From the NCBI GenBank assembly GCA_963716395.1, contig OY970309.1, positions 3,168,001-3,232,000 of the forward strand: 64,000 bases of DNA, read 5' to 3'. The notes under the pieces were generated by a model. The model saw nothing but the letters and a program-made list of their open reading frames with translations. It was not told where the DNA came from and did no database searches. Numbering within the stretch: position 1 is the first letter of the stretch; each line of letters begins with the position of its first letter. The position numbers were made by a program, and so were the translations under genes. Source of the stretch: an uncultured Fibrobacteria bacterium (GTDB lineage: Bacteria; Fibrobacterota; Fibrobacteria; UBA11236). This document shows positions 49,455 through 59,871 of the stretch, piece by piece.

Positions 49455-50837
49455 CTAATGGTTGGCCACGACGGTCGCGGGATGGGGGTTGGCCTCAGGC
49501 ATGGCGCCCTTGACCTCGGCGATAGCCAAGGACGGAAGGAACTTCAAGAAGAGCAGGAAAAAGGTTCCGAACAAACCGAAAGTGCCGACAAAGGTGAAAA
49601 TGTCGACCCAGGTCGGACGGTAATAGCCCCAAGAGGAGGGCAGAAAATCGGCGTGAATCGATATAACAATCACAAATCGTTCCAGCCACATTCCCAGGTT
49701 TACGAAAATGGTGAGGATGAAGGTGATGGGAATGCTGCGGCGGATCTTGCGGAACCACCAGAATTGCGGCACCACGATGTTACAGAACAGCACCGTGTAA
49801 TAGGTCCAGGCGTAATGGCCCAAGGCACGATCCCAGAAGGCGTACCGTTCGTAGATGTCGCCGCTGTACCAGGCGATGAACAATTCCATCAGGTAGGAAT
49901 AGCCGACCAGGCTACCCGTGAGCAGCATGAACTTGGCCATGTTTTCGAGATGGTGCATGCGCACGACCTTCTTGAAACCAAAGGCTTCACGGGCGATGAT
50001 CATGAGCATGGTGACCAAGCCGAAGCCCGAATACACGGCCCCCGCGACGAAATAAGGCGGAAACACCGTGGTATGCCATCCCGGAATTTTGGAGACGGCG
50101 AAGTCGAAGGACACGATGCTATGCACCGATAGCACCAGCGGGGTGGCGATGGCTGCCAGAATCAGATAGGCGCGCTCGTAATTGGCCCAATGACGGGCCG
50201 ACCCGCGCCAGCCCACGGCGAAAATTCCCAGGATGATTTGCTTGATCTTACCCTGGGCGCGATCGCGCAGGGTGGCCAAATCGGGAATGAGGCCCATATA
50301 CCAGAAAAGCACGGACACGGTAAAGTACGTGCTGACCGCGAAGGTGTCCCAAAACAGAGGGCTGCGCGTATTGGGCCATACGCTCATCTGGTTGGGGATC
50401 GGAAAGACGTAATAGAGCACCCAGACGCGGCCCACGTGAAAAGCCGGAAACACGCCGGCGCACATCACCGCGAAGATGGTCATGGCTTCGGAAAAACGGT
50501 TGATGGCTGTACGCCAGCGCTGGCGGAACAAAAAGAGAATGGCGGAAATCAAGGTTCCCGCATGGCCGATACCGATCCACCACACGAAGTTCACGATGGC
50601 CCAGCCCCAGGCCACGGGAATATTGATGCCCCAAATCCCCGTGCCTTCCCAGAACAGCCAGCCGAAAAGCCCGCCCATCAGGCATAGCAGCGAAACCGAG
50701 AGGAGGAAAAGAATGACCCAAGCCGGCGCCGGTTTGGCTTCGGTCGGGTGCGAGATTATTTCGGTGACTTCATGGAAGTCGCCCGTCTCCACCAGTACGG
50801 GCCGTCTGGTAGGATCGAGATCGCGGTCGATGATCAT
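49455..50837 (-). CDS. actC: Alternative complex III subunit ActC (NrfD family)
   Basis: NFVWWIGIGHAGTLISAIL, WRTAINRFSEAMT, PLVLSVHSIVSFDFA, GWHTTVFPPYFVAGA. Confidence 0.95.
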   Translation of the reverse strand: MIIDRDLDPTRRPVLVETGDFHEVTEIISHPTEAKPAPAWVILFLLSVSLLCLMGGLFGWLFWEGTGIWGINIPVAWGWAIVNFVWWIGIGHAGTLISAILFLFRQRWRTAINRFSEAMTIFAVMCAGVFPAFHVGRVWVLYYVFPIPNQMSVWPNTRSPLFWDTFAVSTYFTVSVLFWYMGLIPDLATLRDRAQGKIKQIILGIFAVGWRGSARHWANYERAYLILAAIATPLVLSVHSIVSFDFAVSKIPGWHTTVFPPYFVAGAVYSGFGLVTMLMIIAREAFGFKKVVRMHHLENMAKFMLLTGSLVGYSYLMELFIAWYSGDIYERYAFWDRALGHYAWTYYTVLFCNIVVPQFWWFRKIRRSIPITFILTIFVNLGMWLERFVIVISIHADFLPSSWGYYRPTWVDIFTFVGTFGLFGTFFLLFLKFLPSLAIAEVKGAMPEANPHPATVVANH

Positions 50838-50846
50838 GGTCGCGCC

Positions 50847-53800
50847 TCAGGCCGCCGCTTTTTCCAAAGCGGGGTTGGGGTTGCGCACACGCGCCAAAAA
50901 GCTGGTGCGGGGTTTGGTGTTGAGATCGCGCAGAATGCCGTAATTGAGCGGATGCTGCTTGAGTTTGGCGACCCGGCTTTGGGGATCGTTGATGTTGCCG
51001 AACACGATGGCTTCGGCCGGACAGACCTGGGCGCAGGCCGGGGTGATCATGCCGTCGGCGATGATTTCATGTCCCGAATTCTTGCTTTCGATGCGCGCGC
51101 GCTGAATGCGCTGTACGCAATAGGTGCATTTCTCCATGACCCCCCGAAACCGCAAGGTTACGTCGGGATTCATGTGCATTTTCTGGGTTTCGGTCCAGTC
51201 GTTGTTGTAATTGAAAAAGTTGAAGCGCCGCACCTTGTAGGGGCAGTTGTTGGAGCAATAGCGGGTGCCGATACAGCGGTTGTAGGTCATGTCGTTGAGG
51301 CCTTCGTGCGAATGCACCGTGGCGCCCACCGGACACACCTCTTCACACGGCGCATTCTCGCATTGCTGGCAATTGATGGGTTGAAAGGCGATTTCCGGAT
51401 CTTCAGGCGAACCCTGGAAATAGCGGTCGATGCGGATCCACTGCATTTCGCGGCCGCGCATGACCTGCTCTTTGCCCACGGTCGGGATATTGTTTTCGGA
51501 TTGACAGGCCACGGAGCAGGCATTGCAGCCGATGCAACTGTTGAGATCGATAGACATGCCCCATTGCATGCCTTTGGAGAAATCGTAATCCCCGCGCACC
51601 TTTTCGTCCCACAGGCTTTGCTCGGGAGGATGTTCGTTCCACTTTTCTTCTGAGGCGAATTCTTCGGGGTTGCGCAAATAGTCGGACAAATCCCCGGTGC
51701 GGATAATGGGACGTTTTTCCAGCGACCAATGGTCTTGGGTGCAGGCCAAGGGATAGGTGCGATCGGATTTTTCCACCGCCGCACCGGTCATCTGAAAAGG
51801 AGACGCCGAAGCCATCAGGGAGTAGGCGTTGAACCCCGAATTTTCGCCGACCACCCCCACATGCATGCGGCCGAAGCCGAGATGCAAGAGCACGGTGTCT
51901 TCGGCCATGCCGGGCACCACCCAGGCGGCGGCTTCGAGCGCACGCCCGCCTACCGACAGATGCACCATGGGCCGGTGGAAAAAACCTTTGAGGAGCACGC
52001 CGGTCTCGTCTTTCTGCACCAGCCCGTCATAAACCCCCACCTTGCGGGCCATGGCCGGGCTCATCATCACGGCATTGTCCCAAGTCATTTTGGTGATGGG
52101 ATCCGGCGTTTCCTGCATCCAGGCGTTGTTGGCGAAACGCCCGTCGACCACATTGCTGTGGGCGCGCAAAATCAATTCCACACCCGGCGAGGGCGGCGGC
52201 AAGGTTTTGGCCAAAGCCGGCAGGGCTTGGGGTTGGAATGAGGCCACCGCAGCCGGAGCCGTTCCGGCGATTACGCCGTCGTTCAGCCAGCGGCGCCAGG
52301 TTTTTTCGAAATTCGACTCGGGCCGGCGCTTGGCCCAGACCCCTTGCACGATATCGTAAGAACCCTGTTGCGGGTAGGCCGACAATTTCGCGAGGAATTC
52401 AGTGGCGTCCAGTGTCGTTTCATAGAGCGGGTAAATAAGCGGTTGAGCGATCGACTCCGTGCCGTCGTAGGCGATGGCGTCGCTCCACGTTTCCAGATAA
52501 TGGCTCATGGGCAAATGCCACGTGCAAAGCGCCGCGGTGTCGTCGGCTTCGAGGCCGAGATGGATCGAGGTTTTGGCCTTGGCCAACTTGGCTCCGAATT
52601 CCAAGTCAACGGGTGCGGCGTAGGCGGCATTGCTGTCGAGCACCACCAACGCCTCGACCTGTCCTGATTCCAACATGGCGCCCAAAGCGCGCAACGAATC
52701 CACGGAATTTTCCAGCAGGCTGGGATCGGTGGCGTTCAATGACTGTACCACCGAAGGCCGCCATTCCACCGTGGCGCCCACATTGTCGAGCGCCAGGTTC
52801 AGCGCTTGGGCCAGGGCATGCACGAACGGGGATTGGTATTTGCCGGCGGCGATCACCGAACGCCCTTTGTGCTCCATCAAATCCACGGCCACGGCATGCA
52901 CCCAATCCGCCGGGATGTCGGCGGTCTTGGCGGCCAGGGATTTGAAATCCATTCCCAGCGAGGAGAGGTTCAAGCCTTGCGCCTGCAATTCGGCCGCCAC
53001 CGCCACCAGAAAATAGGGCAGGGAGCTGGGCTTGAGGCGCAGGCGGTGATCCGCCGATCCGCCGGTGACGCTGTATTGCGACTCCACGGCATACATACGG
53101 CTCATGCCACCCATGCCGCGATCGGGATTGCGGCTCAAGGCGAAGTCACGGGCATAGGAAAGATGATAGGGCTCGGAGTCGAGAAAGTCGCAATCGATGG
53201 ACAAGGTTCGCAACGTGCGTTCGAAGTGGTAAAGCGGTTCCACCGGTTGTCCGGTCAGGGCATGCATGCCTTGCAGCACATTGTCGCGCGACACCGGCTC
53301 GTAGACGAACCATTTGGCTTTAGGATAAGCCTGTGAAACGTGATTACGCACCGCGCGGAAAGAAGGCGAGGCGGAGTAGCCGCTCAGAAAACACAGACCT
53401 TCCCCACCCTTTTGTTTAAGTCCGGCCATGAGGGGGTTGGCTTCGGCCCAGAATGCATCCCAGGTGGAAGCCTGTCCCTGCTTCTGCGGCTTCTGGCTGC
53501 GATCGGGATTGTACAGATCGAGAATGGTGGCCTGGTGCTGCCGCGAGGTTCCGCCCCGGCTGGCGGGATGGCCGGGATTGCCTTCGATCTTGGTGGGCCG
53601 TCCTTCATGGGCTTCGACCAACAGCCCTACGGCATCACCGTTCAAAGCCACCGTGGTGGCATACCATTGCGGGACGCCGGGAATGACATCCTGCTTCGGC
53701 ATCATGTTGTAAGGCAGAATGTATTTCACGGGGCGGCGCACGCCTTTGCAACCGGTGACGCCGGCGAAGGCCATGCCTGCTCCCATCACCTGCAAAAAGC

Positions 53801-53951
53801 GGCGGCGGGAGATTTCGGTGCCCAACACGTCGGCTCCATCGGGAAATTCCTGGGCCAGAAATTCTTTGGCTTCGGGGGTCTCGGCCAATTCTTCCAGGCT
53901 TTTCCACGGCGCCGACTTGGGCGACTTCGGATCAAGGTTCAGCGATGGCAT
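50847..53951 (-). CDS. actB: Alternative complex III subunit ActB (Tat-exported molybdopterin-oxidoreductase-like domain plus Fe-S domain)
   Basis: WKSLEEL; Tat SRRRFLQ; EGRPTKIEGNPGHP; CIGCNACSVAC, CQQCENAPCEEVCP, CIGTRYCSNNCP, EKCTYC...ACAQVCP. Confidence 0.95.
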   Translation of the reverse strand: MPSLNLDPKSPKSAPWKSLEELAETPEAKEFLAQEFPDGADVLGTEISRRRFLQVMGAGMAFAGVTGCKGVRRPVKYILPYNMMPKQDVIPGVPQWYATTVALNGDAVGLLVEAHEGRPTKIEGNPGHPASRGGTSRQHQATILDLYNPDRSQKPQKQGQASTWDAFWAEANPLMAGLKQKGGEGLCFLSGYSASPSFRAVRNHVSQAYPKAKWFVYEPVSRDNVLQGMHALTGQPVEPLYHFERTLRTLSIDCDFLDSEPYHLSYARDFALSRNPDRGMGGMSRMYAVESQYSVTGGSADHRLRLKPSSLPYFLVAVAAELQAQGLNLSSLGMDFKSLAAKTADIPADWVHAVAVDLMEHKGRSVIAAGKYQSPFVHALAQALNLALDNVGATVEWRPSVVQSLNATDPSLLENSVDSLRALGAMLESGQVEALVVLDSNAAYAAPVDLEFGAKLAKAKTSIHLGLEADDTAALCTWHLPMSHYLETWSDAIAYDGTESIAQPLIYPLYETTLDATEFLAKLSAYPQQGSYDIVQGVWAKRRPESNFEKTWRRWLNDGVIAGTAPAAVASFQPQALPALAKTLPPPSPGVELILRAHSNVVDGRFANNAWMQETPDPITKMTWDNAVMMSPAMARKVGVYDGLVQKDETGVLLKGFFHRPMVHLSVGGRALEAAAWVVPGMAEDTVLLHLGFGRMHVGVVGENSGFNAYSLMASASPFQMTGAAVEKSDRTYPLACTQDHWSLEKRPIIRTGDLSDYLRNPEEFASEEKWNEHPPEQSLWDEKVRGDYDFSKGMQWGMSIDLNSCIGCNACSVACQSENNIPTVGKEQVMRGREMQWIRIDRYFQGSPEDPEIAFQPINCQQCENAPCEEVCPVGATVHSHEGLNDMTYNRCIGTRYCSNNCPYKVRRFNFFNYNNDWTETQKMHMNPDVTLRFRGVMEKCTYCVQRIQRARIESKNSGHEIIADGMITPACAQVCPAEAIVFGNINDPQSRVAKLKQHPLNYGILRDLNTKPRTSFLARVRNPNPALEKAAA

Positions 53952-54580
53952 GTCGAGCAGTCCGTTCTGGGGTGCACGTGATATTTTTTCATGAACTGGC
54001 GGCCCAGCGCGGCGGGATCCCCTTCGGGATGCCAAGCCAGTTGGGTGACGAGATTGCGATCGCGAATGTTCGGGGCGGGGTTGCGATGGCAGCTCAGGCA
54101 CCAGCCCATGCTCAAGGGCGCCACGATGCGCACTTGATCCATTTGATCGACGCGCCCATGGCAGGATACGCAACTCACGCCTTTGTTGACGTGGTCGCTG
54201 TGATTGAAGTAAACGTAATCGGGAAGTTTGTGCACGCGCACCCAGCGAATCGGCATTCCCGTTTCATAGGCCTTGGTAATTTTCTTGATCTCGGGTGAAG
54301 TCGTTTTGATCATGCGATGGCAGTTCATGCACACGTCGGTGGGCGGAACTCCGGCATGCTGGCTGCGCTCCACGGCGAAATGGCAGTAACGGCAGTCGAT
54401 ACCCATTTCACCCGCATGCAGGCGATGACTGAAGGCTATGGGCTGCACCGGTTGGTAACCTTCCATGTAATTCTTGGGCGATGCCCAATACCAGACCGCA
54501 AACACTGTAAAACAAACAGCGAAAACAAAAGACGCCAATAAAACGCCGGGCGCTTTATTAGTCCACTTTGGAAATACCAT
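53939..54580 (-). CDS. actA: Alternative complex III pentaheme cytochrome c ActA
   Basis: N-terminal TM; QPIAFSHRLHAG; five CxxCH motifs (CRYCH, CMNCH, CVSCH, CLSCH, CSTCH). Confidence 0.95.
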   Translation of the reverse strand: MVFPKWTNKAPGVLLASFVFAVCFTVFAVWYWASPKNYMEGYQPVQPIAFSHRLHAGEMGIDCRYCHFAVERSQHAGVPPTDVCMNCHRMIKTTSPEIKKITKAYETGMPIRWVRVHKLPDYVYFNHSDHVNKGVSCVSCHGRVDQMDQVRIVAPLSMGWCLSCHRNPAPNIRDRNLVTQLAWHPEGDPAALGRQFMKKYHVHPRTDCSTCHR

Positions 54581-54657
54581 TCGGTTTTTCTCCGGCGGTG
54601 GGATGCTTGACAGGATCCCGGGGACAATGAGCCGCAACTTTCATGGAACGGCGGCAA

Positions 54658-54686
54658 AAGATAATACTCCTTCCTTTGCGGATCAA
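54658..54686 (-). promoter_or_regulatory. Candidate sigma70 promoter of the act-cox operon
   Basis: TTGATC-N17-TATCTT on the minus strand, about 80 nt upstream of actA. Confidence 0.45.
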
Positions 54687-54720
54687 TTGCGTGGGGAAAA
54701 TTTTTTGGGAAAAAATTTCC

Positions 54721-54756
54721 GAAAAAAATCGCGGACGAAATTGTCGCCCGCGATTT
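54721..54756 (-). terminator. Intrinsic terminator after ctaA-ctaB
   Basis: ATCGCGGGCGA-CAATT-TCGTCCGCGAT stem-loop followed by TTTTTT on the minus strand. Confidence 0.75.
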
Positions 54757-54797
54757 ACATCTGTGCCCACTCTTTTACCGTTTATGGCAAAGGAATT

Positions 54798-55712
54798 TCA
54801 ACCCAGGAAGATGATGCGCTTGTCGAGGGCCATGGCGATCAAAACCGCTGGAAGATAAACCAACGACAGCAAAAACAAACGCACGGCAGCTTGTCGTGTA
54901 CCGCTTTTACGCAAAGCCCACGCCAACCATAAAACGAGCAGCCCCGCAGCCACAGCCGTAACGAGATAGCGTTCGCCGGCCAGTCCGTACCAATACGGGA
55001 AAAGGGACACGGTCAACAACAGGACGCTTTGCACCCACACCTGCCGGAAACAGGTCGACCCGGAAGCGTCGACCAAGCTCAGCATCTTGAAGCCTCCGGA
55101 TCGGTAGTCATCGCGGTACATCCAGGCCAAGGCCAAAAAGTGCGGAAGCTGCCAGAAGAACAAAAGCGCGAACAGCAGCACGCCGCCGACACCGATGCGG
55201 TCCTGTGCTGCAGTCCAGCCCATCAGCGGGGGCAAGGCGCCGGGAATGGCGCCGACCAAGGTGTTCAACGTCGTCAAGCGTTTGAGCGGCGTGTAAACGC
55301 CCGCGTAAAGGCCCACGGTCAAGGCGCCGAGCAGCGCCGTCAAGGTGTTGGCATGTCTCCACAACAGCCAGCATCCGGAAATGCCGATGATGATTCCGGA
55401 AGCGTAGGCGGTGAATAATGTCAATCGCTCGGTGGGAAGCGGCCGGCCCTGGGTGCGCTCCATGGCGCCGTCGTAATTTTTTTCCAGCGCCTGGTTGAAG
55501 CAAAACGCCGCCACGGCCAAGAAGCCCGTGCCCAACAAGGTCCACCACAGCCGTTGCCAATCGATGTCGGCTGTCGAAGCCATATAATACCCGATGAAAA
55601 CGGTTATGAGGATATGAAAGGTCATGCGCAACTTGAACAGTTCGATCAGCGCGCGCACGCGAGCGAAGACGGAAATTTTCCGCACGGAAACCGAAGGGGC
55701 TAAAGTATTCAT
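54798..55712 (-). CDS. ctaB: Protoheme IX farnesyltransferase (heme O synthase)
   Basis: ELFKLR, NQALEKNYDGAMERTQGRPLP, YTPLKR, GAIPGALPPLMGW, WQLPHF, YRDDY. Confidence 0.95.
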   Translation of the reverse strand: MNTLAPSVSVRKISVFARVRALIELFKLRMTFHILITVFIGYYMASTADIDWQRLWWTLLGTGFLAVAAFCFNQALEKNYDGAMERTQGRPLPTERLTLFTAYASGIIIGISGCWLLWRHANTLTALLGALTVGLYAGVYTPLKRLTTLNTLVGAIPGALPPLMGWTAAQDRIGVGGVLLFALLFFWQLPHFLALAWMYRDDYRSGGFKMLSLVDASGSTCFRQVWVQSVLLLTVSLFPYWYGLAGERYLVTAVAAGLLVLWLAWALRKSGTRQAAVRLFLLSLVYLPAVLIAMALDKRIIFLG

Positions 55713-56752
55713 ACCGATGATTTTGCCCGCGCAGGAGCGGCCGACCAAGCGCGATCGCCGGTCAGACGGCGATGCAGTCCCGCGGTTGCCGCGGAAGTTG
55801 TGACCGTCGCATGTTTGCCGCACCACAGGGCGATGGTGAAAAGGGTGGCCAATAAAAAGGCACCGCCGGCCAAATGCAGGCTGGCGATAAGAGGCAATTT
55901 GCCGGTCCAGATGGTGAGCATGCCCAAAGTCAACTGTACCGCCAGCGCTGCCAGTAGAATCCAGCCCAGCCGCATGGCTCCGGGCCATGTAGGCCGGGAC
56001 CAGAGCGAGGTCAGCAAAAGCGCGCAACCCAATACGATGCACACGGGTCCGATTCGGGTATGCATGAAATTCATGGCGATTCCCGAACTCCAAAACGGCG
56101 GAATCCAGGCGCCGAAGGCGAGCGGAAAGGTGGGAATAGCCAAACCCGCCAGGCTATGGCGCATCACGGCACCCACCATGATTTGCACGAATACCAAGGC
56201 CATCACGGCAAAGGCCGCGGTGGAATGGCGGTTGCTCCGCCACCGGGACGATTGCCTCCAGGCCGCCGAAGTCGCCCAAGCCAGCCACACCGTAATGCAG
56301 AAAAACACTTCGGCGGTTCCCGCGTGCGCGCTGGACACGGCGATGGGCAGCTTAAACCGCACCGTCATTCCGCCCAAAACTCCTTGCACGCAGACTAAGG
56401 TCAGGGCAATCAAGGCCAGCGTCTTGACCCACCGTCGTGGTTCCCAGCGGAGCATGCCTGCGGTCAAGACCACGGTGCAAAACCCCACGCCGGCCGCAAA
56501 CAAACGGTGACCATGTTCGTAGAGTATGCCGCCTTTCATGGCCCGAAACGGAAAGGCAAACATATTGTGCCCGAAGGTTGTGGGCCAATCCGGCACGGCC
56601 AGGCCAGAATTGGTGCTGGTCACCATGGCACCCACGAACAGCAGGCACAAGGTGAGTAAGCTGATTGTCACCGCCAGCAGGTGCAGCCCGCGTTCTGCCG
56701 AGAACCGAGGCGTCTCATCTTTTCGCAGCGGAGAGGCGGTACGGGAAATCAT
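55709..56752 (-). CDS. ctaA: Heme A synthase (COX15/CtaA family)
   Basis: GAMVTSTNSGLAVPDWP, EHGHRL, QGVLGGMTV, SAH, MH and SLH histidines; ATGA overlap with ctaB. Confidence 0.9.
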   Translation of the reverse strand: MISRTASPLRKDETPRFSAERGLHLLAVTISLLTLCLLFVGAMVTSTNSGLAVPDWPTTFGHNMFAFPFRAMKGGILYEHGHRLFAAGVGFCTVVLTAGMLRWEPRRWVKTLALIALTLVCVQGVLGGMTVRFKLPIAVSSAHAGTAEVFFCITVWLAWATSAAWRQSSRWRSNRHSTAAFAVMALVFVQIMVGAVMRHSLAGLAIPTFPLAFGAWIPPFWSSGIAMNFMHTRIGPVCIVLGCALLLTSLWSRPTWPGAMRLGWILLAALAVQLTLGMLTIWTGKLPLIASLHLAGGAFLLATLFTIALWCGKHATVTTSAATAGLHRRLTGDRAWSAAPARAKSSV

Positions 56753-56850
56753 GCGGCAAGGAAATTTAGCAAGAACACGGCAAGTCTGGGTTTACCCGTT
56801 TGGGACCCGAATACAAGGCCTAACTGGCCGCGAGAGGAGTGAAATAAAAC

Positions 56851-56914
56851 TGGGGAGCCAAAATCATGGGATGTTTGGTCCCCAAATAAAGAACCGCGCG
56901 GAGTCCGCGCGGTT
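56851..56914 (-). terminator. Tandem hairpin terminators after the ThuA-like gene
   Basis: Perfect inverted repeat AACCGCGCGG-AGT-CCGCGCGGTT (56892-56914) and TGGGGA.CCAAA...TTTGG.TCCCCA (56851-56884), each followed by a T-rich tract on the minus strand. Confidence 0.7.
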
Positions 56915-56938
56915 TATGCCGATAGCTTTCCTTACGGG

Positions 56939-58186
56939 TTAGTTCGACAAGAATCTTCGAGACGCCGAATAACCTTTGGTCGCTACCCGCATCAGATAAA
57001 CCCCTTTTGGCCGCGATTGAAGATCCGATGCGAAATCAAGATCGACCGGGGAATTATTCCCGCGTACCATTTTCACAGTTTGGCCAGACATGTTATACAA
57101 AGCCACGACATAGGAGCCCGGGCGCGTAATGAGCACTCCAACGTCGGTTGGATGAAATGTCACTCCGGATTGGCTCAAATCCAAATCGAGATTGGGCTGG
57201 CTCCCAATCGATGTCACAGCAGTTGTATCGTATCCGGCAATGTAGTACATGAATTGCTTGAAAAATTTATCCCAAATCGTCTGCCCCATTGATTGCATCG
57301 TCACCAAATCGTGACCTTCCATAAAATAGCCCACATTGCCTTTTTTATCGGGAAAAGTCCAGGATATCGGCCAACCTGAAGGCCCGGCCACCTGGGTGTA
57401 GTTGTAAATACCATTGCCGCAATTATTCGGATTACCGCAAGTACTGGGATTCAGACCCAGCAACCCTTGCCAATTCGCTGGAGTTATAGTGGGATCAGTA
57501 ATGGCTTTATCGAAAGTATGCAATTCCATATGTTGGATTGTCACCGAATCCGGCTTGGCTCCGGGCCAGGTTATTCCTTCCATGATGGGATTTCCTTTCG
57601 CCGAAGGGAAATTACCCACCCCACCCCAAAGTCCTACTAATCCTGTGTTGTTGTTATTCGCATCGCTGGCCCCTGACTCCCCACTATAATGGCAAGGCAT
57701 CAACGTATTGTAATACCAACTCCAATTGCCACCAACCTTTGAATCCCCCGTGGAATGCATTACGAAAATTCCATTTCCCTGCTGCTCTACAAAATTTTGG
57801 ACGGCAGTCTGTCCTGTCACCGGAAATTGATTTGAGGAGGCAAAACTCGATATATAATCGGTGAAAAGCACTTGGTAATTGGCAAGTTTGGAGGCTGTAA
57901 TGTTGTTCGGATTTGTCTCGGTATCCACTTTCCAGCCTTCAGCGTTTCCGATTCGCTGCAAGGTTGCCTCCATATTTGGATAGCCGATGGTATGATTGAA
58001 ATTGTAGTAGAATTGCGCAATCAAAATCGATTTCAACCTAGACTTCAGCAAATACTGGTTGCCGTTGATAGTTACTGTGCGCTGTTTGGCGGTAGGAATG
58101 CTCGTGGTATCTTGTGCCTGTAAATTAAAAACCAGAGCGAGGCAAATTGATGCGCTGGTAAACAATATCGATTTGCAATTTTTCAT
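56939..58186 (-). CDS. Secreted ThuA-like (class I glutamine amidotransferase-like) domain protein with T9SS-type C-terminal sorting domain
   Basis: Signal peptide ending LQA; KLANYQVLF, VQNFVEQQGNGIFVMHSTGD, PISW...GNVGYFMEGHD; CTD-like VALYNMSGQTV...PKGVYLMRV. Confidence 0.75.
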   Translation of the reverse strand: MKNCKSILFTSASICLALVFNLQAQDTTSIPTAKQRTVTINGNQYLLKSRLKSILIAQFYYNFNHTIGYPNMEATLQRIGNAEGWKVDTETNPNNITASKLANYQVLFTDYISSFASSNQFPVTGQTAVQNFVEQQGNGIFVMHSTGDSKVGGNWSWYYNTLMPCHYSGESGASDANNNNTGLVGLWGGVGNFPSAKGNPIMEGITWPGAKPDSVTIQHMELHTFDKAITDPTITPANWQGLLGLNPSTCGNPNNCGNGIYNYTQVAGPSGWPISWTFPDKKGNVGYFMEGHDLVTMQSMGQTIWDKFFKQFMYYIAGYDTTAVTSIGSQPNLDLDLSQSGVTFHPTDVGVLITRPGSYVVALYNMSGQTVKMVRGNNSPVDLDFASDLQSRPKGVYLMRVATKGYSASRRFLSN

Positions 58187-58326
58187 ACTCAAATTTGACG
58201 CTTTCAATTGTACACCCCCCTAACTCTCGCTAGAATATGCGGGAATCGGCATTTCCATCCAAGATATTTTCATCCTTGAATCAATTACGTGATTCTCCGA
58301 TTTTAACCCGGATCGGACTCCCCTGT

Positions 58327-59869
58327 TTACATGCTCCATAAAAAGCGTACCAGATAATACCAATCGGATTTTCCCTGGGTCACAGGCATGAAAGAAGGAA
58401 TTGCGGATTCATTCTGTAGGCGAAGGTGGTCGTTGGCAATTTGCAAATAAGCCTGCCACCCGGTGATGATGGTTTTCTGCAGCATAATGGACCATTTCCA
58501 ATCGTCCTGCTTGTAATCTCCGGCCAATTCCCGGGCGGCATAAAGGGCTGGATTTTTGCCGGGTAAAGTCGGTTGCGGCCATCCGTCTTGGAACTCGATG
58601 AAATTGTTATCGGGATAGTCGTTTTTGAAATATTCAACTTGCACCGAAAGCAAATCCAACAATTTGAAGGTGGGTATGTCCATTCCCGCCATCATAGGCA
58701 TGCGCTGTGTGATGTCTGTGTAGTAATAGGGCTGATTTTGCACTCCCAAAACGGCCATCTCCCCAAATAGCTTGAAGGGTCCGGTGGAATTTTCCTCCAT
58801 ACCGAAGGCGTTGGCAAGGTTTATCGAGGCCCGACCCATGAGTTCGATGGCCTTGAATGTCAACTTTTTCTCGACAGTGGGACGCAAGGTATCGCCCGTT
58901 GAGTTGACCACGAAGATCGTGCGGCCTTGGGCATCCGTCTCCAGCGACACGATGGGGTATGAGTTCGTATCCACGAGATTTGTGATCAAGTTTTCCATGG
59001 TCTTCATGGTCGCGCCGCTATCAGAGCCCAATTGGGGGTTCGATCCGGTTACTTGTGGAACAGCCGGAAAATTTGGTACCTCGACATAGACGTTGGAACG
59101 TCCGGATCCCGTAGGAGTCGTCTCGCTAGGCTTGATTGGAATCCAGCGATGCAATGAGATGCCACCTCCGAGTTCAAGAACGTTGTTCACTTTCCAGGTT
59201 GCCACATAGGATGGGGAGACATCATACAGCGGATTGGAATAGAAGTCGCTGAACATCAAAAAATCTTGCCGGAATTTCCGTCCAGTAAATTCCAAGTCAG
59301 CTTCGCTCCCATGCTCTTGTATTCATTACCCAGCCACACCCACCCCCCACTGTTTCCATTTTGCAGCATAGTCGGATAGGCCTCACTGCGGAACAAATAC
59401 TCGCCGAGATCGGTGGCGTCTGGATTGTACTTATAACCAAAATAACCGAATTTCAAGTTAAGGTTCGAAGTGAAATCATATTGCGAAGAAGCTTCGGAAA
59501 TCCCAGGCCCGAAATTGATTTTTTCGGTCGCGGCGTTGCCGGGAATTTGGATGAAAGGTTTCCAGAACAAACCGCCCACACCAATATTCATATGCAGCTT
59601 CCGTTTAAGGTTCCAGAATAAGTGAGCGCCACACCGTCGCGGTTCATAAAATCCCCGTGCAAATCTTTCGGAGGCGAACCCCCGTCGTCATCCACGTAAG
59701 AACCATGCATGACCTGTCCCGCGTCGATGAAAGCCGCGACGGAAACGTTGCGATCCGTAACGCTGGACGTGCTATCGTCGGCACCGGCAAAGCCGAGGGT
59801 GCAAACCAACACCAGACCTATCAGAAGGCTCATTGATTGGTTTTCCTTGGGACTAATCGGCAATCTCAT
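58327..59869 (-). CDS. Putative outer-membrane beta-barrel protein (paralog 2), split by two frameshifts
   Basis: Three ORF pieces join if one A is restored near 59600 (NGKLHMNIG) and one near 59275 (DGKFRQDFL). Signal peptide; ends WYYLVRFLWSM; collinear with the upstream paralog. Confidence 0.7.
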
Positions 59870-59871
59870 GT

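Noticed and set aside
43385-51653. Plus-strand ORFs within the respiratory cluster (43385-44476, 47157-48317, 48564-50132 and others)
   Set aside because: Antisense shadows of the act and cta genes.
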